A DNA stretch of 64,000 nucleotides, from contig QCDI01000011.1 of assembly GCA_003280965.1 (NCBI GenBank), positions 1-64,000 of the forward strand, given 5' to 3'. Shown here in pieces: positions 62,847 through 64,000 of this stretch. Made by a program: the position numbers and the translations under genes. Under the pieces are notes generated by a model that saw nothing but the letters and a program-made list of their open reading frames with translations, was not told where the DNA came from and searched no databases. The stretch comes from Prochlorococcus sp. AG-355-B18 (GTDB taxonomy: Bacteria > Cyanobacteriota > Cyanobacteriia > PCC-6307 > Cyanobiaceae). Position 1 is the first letter of the stretch. The number at the start of each line of letters is the position of its first letter.

Positions 62847-62892
62847 TTGACAGTTGATCTAAAATAAGGGGCAATTAGCTCCTTTTTTTATG
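62847..62892 (+). repeat. Promoter/leader repeat element, copy 3
   Basis: TTGACAGTTGATCTAAAATAAGGGGCAATTAGCTCCTTTTTTTATG; the final ATG is the start at 62890. Confidence 0.93.
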
Positions 62893-63333
62893 AGAAAAAA
62901 AATTCTTTATATATTCACAGTCTTAACTTTTTTATTAAACATATCAAACCAACCAACCTTTGCAGGACCATTTTCAGATGAGATGGCCAAATGTTTGGTG
63001 TCATCGACTAATGATAGAGATATAACTAAATTGGTAAAATAGATTTTTAGAGTTTATGGAGATCATCCAGAAGTTTCCTACATGGTTGATTTATCAGATA
63101 GAGAAAAAAAAGTTATTGATAAAGATGTTGCAGATTTAGTTACACGATTATTATCTGAAGATTGTTTAGATGAATCTAAAAAGGCTCAAAAATATGAGGG
63201 GGACATTGTTTTTTTTAATGCTTTTAAAATTTTAGGTCAAACAGCTGCACAAGGTTTTAATGGAAATCCTGAAGTAACAAGATCCATGAATAAATTTTCT
63301 GAGTTTCTTAATAATGAAAAATTAGATTTTTAA
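62890..63333 (+). pseudogene. Secreted hypothetical protein with one in-frame TAG
   Basis: MRKKILYIFTVLTFLLNISNQPTFAGPFSDEMAKCLVSST...KLVK*IFRVYGDHPEVSY continues in frame into the track ORF 63082-63333; TAG at 63040. Confidence 0.8.
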
Positions 63334-63366
63334 AGTAAACAAATTGTGAGGACAAATAGTCTACAA

Positions 63367-63507
63367 ATGAAACGATTATTACCTATTCTTGGAATATTTT
63401 TAATGACAACTGGTCTAGTCTCAAAGGAAGTGAGAGGAGATGAAGTATTGCAAAATATGTATGAAAATCTTACAACCGATTTATATGAAAAGACTTCAGG
63501 GAACTAA
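63367..63507 (+). pseudogene. Truncated signal-peptide ORF (46 aa, MKRLLPILGIFL...)
   Basis: Manual translation; its 3' end overlaps the integrase fragment in another frame. Confidence 0.55.
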
Positions 63508-63712
63508 TATTACTTGCTATTCATTCAGGCATTATTATGCCCTTCGTTGTCATTTAAAACTGATTGATTCTGGTAGTGCATCTTTAAGTATGGGACATTC
63601 AATAGAAGCTCATCATAGAAATTATCCATATTCAAAAGAATCCACAACAACTAATGCTTTTAAACTTGCAAGAGAGAGAGGATTGTTGCTTGAAAAAAAT
63701 TTCAATTTTTAA
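63485..63712 (+). pseudogene. Tyrosine recombinase/integrase C-terminal remnant
   Basis: YSFRHYYA...SMGHS...HHRNY matches the box II pattern with the catalytic Tyr; the N-terminal domains are absent. Confidence 0.8.
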
Positions 63713-63807
63713 CTAACATAAAGCGATTGGGTTTAAATTTAAAATATTGTTAATATGAAACAAAGTTTAACCCAATAAAATGTGACAACTCCACATATAG
63801 TTGCCGC

Positions 63808-63996
63808 AAATCAATCACCAAACTTTTTAAAGAAAAACCAAGTGTCTCTGGTATAGCAGTCCCTGGAATGCCTCTTGGTTCGCCTGGAATGGAAATAAAT
63901 TCTCACGACTCGCATTCTCATGATTATGAGAAATATAATGTACTTTCATTTAGCAAAAATGGCAAAATAAAAAAATTTGATGAAATCTCTCCTTAA
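63808..63996 (+). pseudogene. C-terminal fragment of a DUF411 metal-binding protein
   Basis: KSITKLFKEKPSVSGIAVPGMPLGSPGMEINSHDSHSHD...SP*; no ATG between the in-frame TAA at 63751 and the motif. Confidence 0.75.
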
Positions 63997-64000
63997 TACA

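Larger units (their letters stand above)
60839..64000. mobile_element. Edge of a tRNA-anchored genomic island
   Basis: Abrupt switch after tRNA-Thr from core genes to orphans, pseudogenes, dispersed repeats and an integrase remnant. Confidence 0.75.

Noticed and set aside
60947..62892. The island repeats as CRISPR repeats or classical integron attC sites
   Set aside because: They are spaced by whole genes, lack RYYYAAC/GTTRRRY ends and a long palindrome, and no IntI or cas gene is present.
62743..63042. Stop-codon recoding or an alternative genetic code in the island
   Set aside because: The two stops differ (TGA and TAG), TGA ends neighbouring genes normally, and point mutation is simpler.
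63780..63796. ATGTG-N7-CACAT as a CRP site
   Set aside because: Spacing and right half do not fit TGTGA-N6-TCACA; it could be chance.

Overview
This AT-rich window looks like a high-light Prochlorococcus chromosome segment, judged from its gene content and order. About 60.6 kb is core genome: ctaB/ctaA/coxBAC, ribE, cobT, topA, ndhB, birA, menG, hisF, chlG, a PBP, rsmB, a (6-4) photolyase operon, trmH, lepA, mqo, murE, rpsD, transsulfuration genes with cysK, queA, pdhC, aas, lipB, hpf, recO, pipX-pipY-sepF-proC, der, cobI, miaE and aroQ. tRNA-Tyr and tRNA-Thr follow, and then the first ~3 kb of a genomic island. The island is the most interesting part. Three unrelated cargo genes each start at a near-identical 45-46 nt promoter/leader element ending in the ATG, and each is followed by an 'ATGAAACG..' (MKRLL) signal-peptide stub, giving a cassette-like architecture. 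The island also holds nonsense-broken genes, a tyrosine-integrase C-terminal remnant and a candidate small RNA. Notable items in the core region are an NtcA box plus glutamine-II riboswitch on a DUF4278 peptide, two coding tandem-repeat expansions (45 bp and 108 bp), a DeoC homologue lacking its catalytic lysine, an Fe-S-less (6-4) photolyase and an unlisted 43-aa DUF2256 gene. Product calls rest on motifs recognised by eye; no database searches were run.
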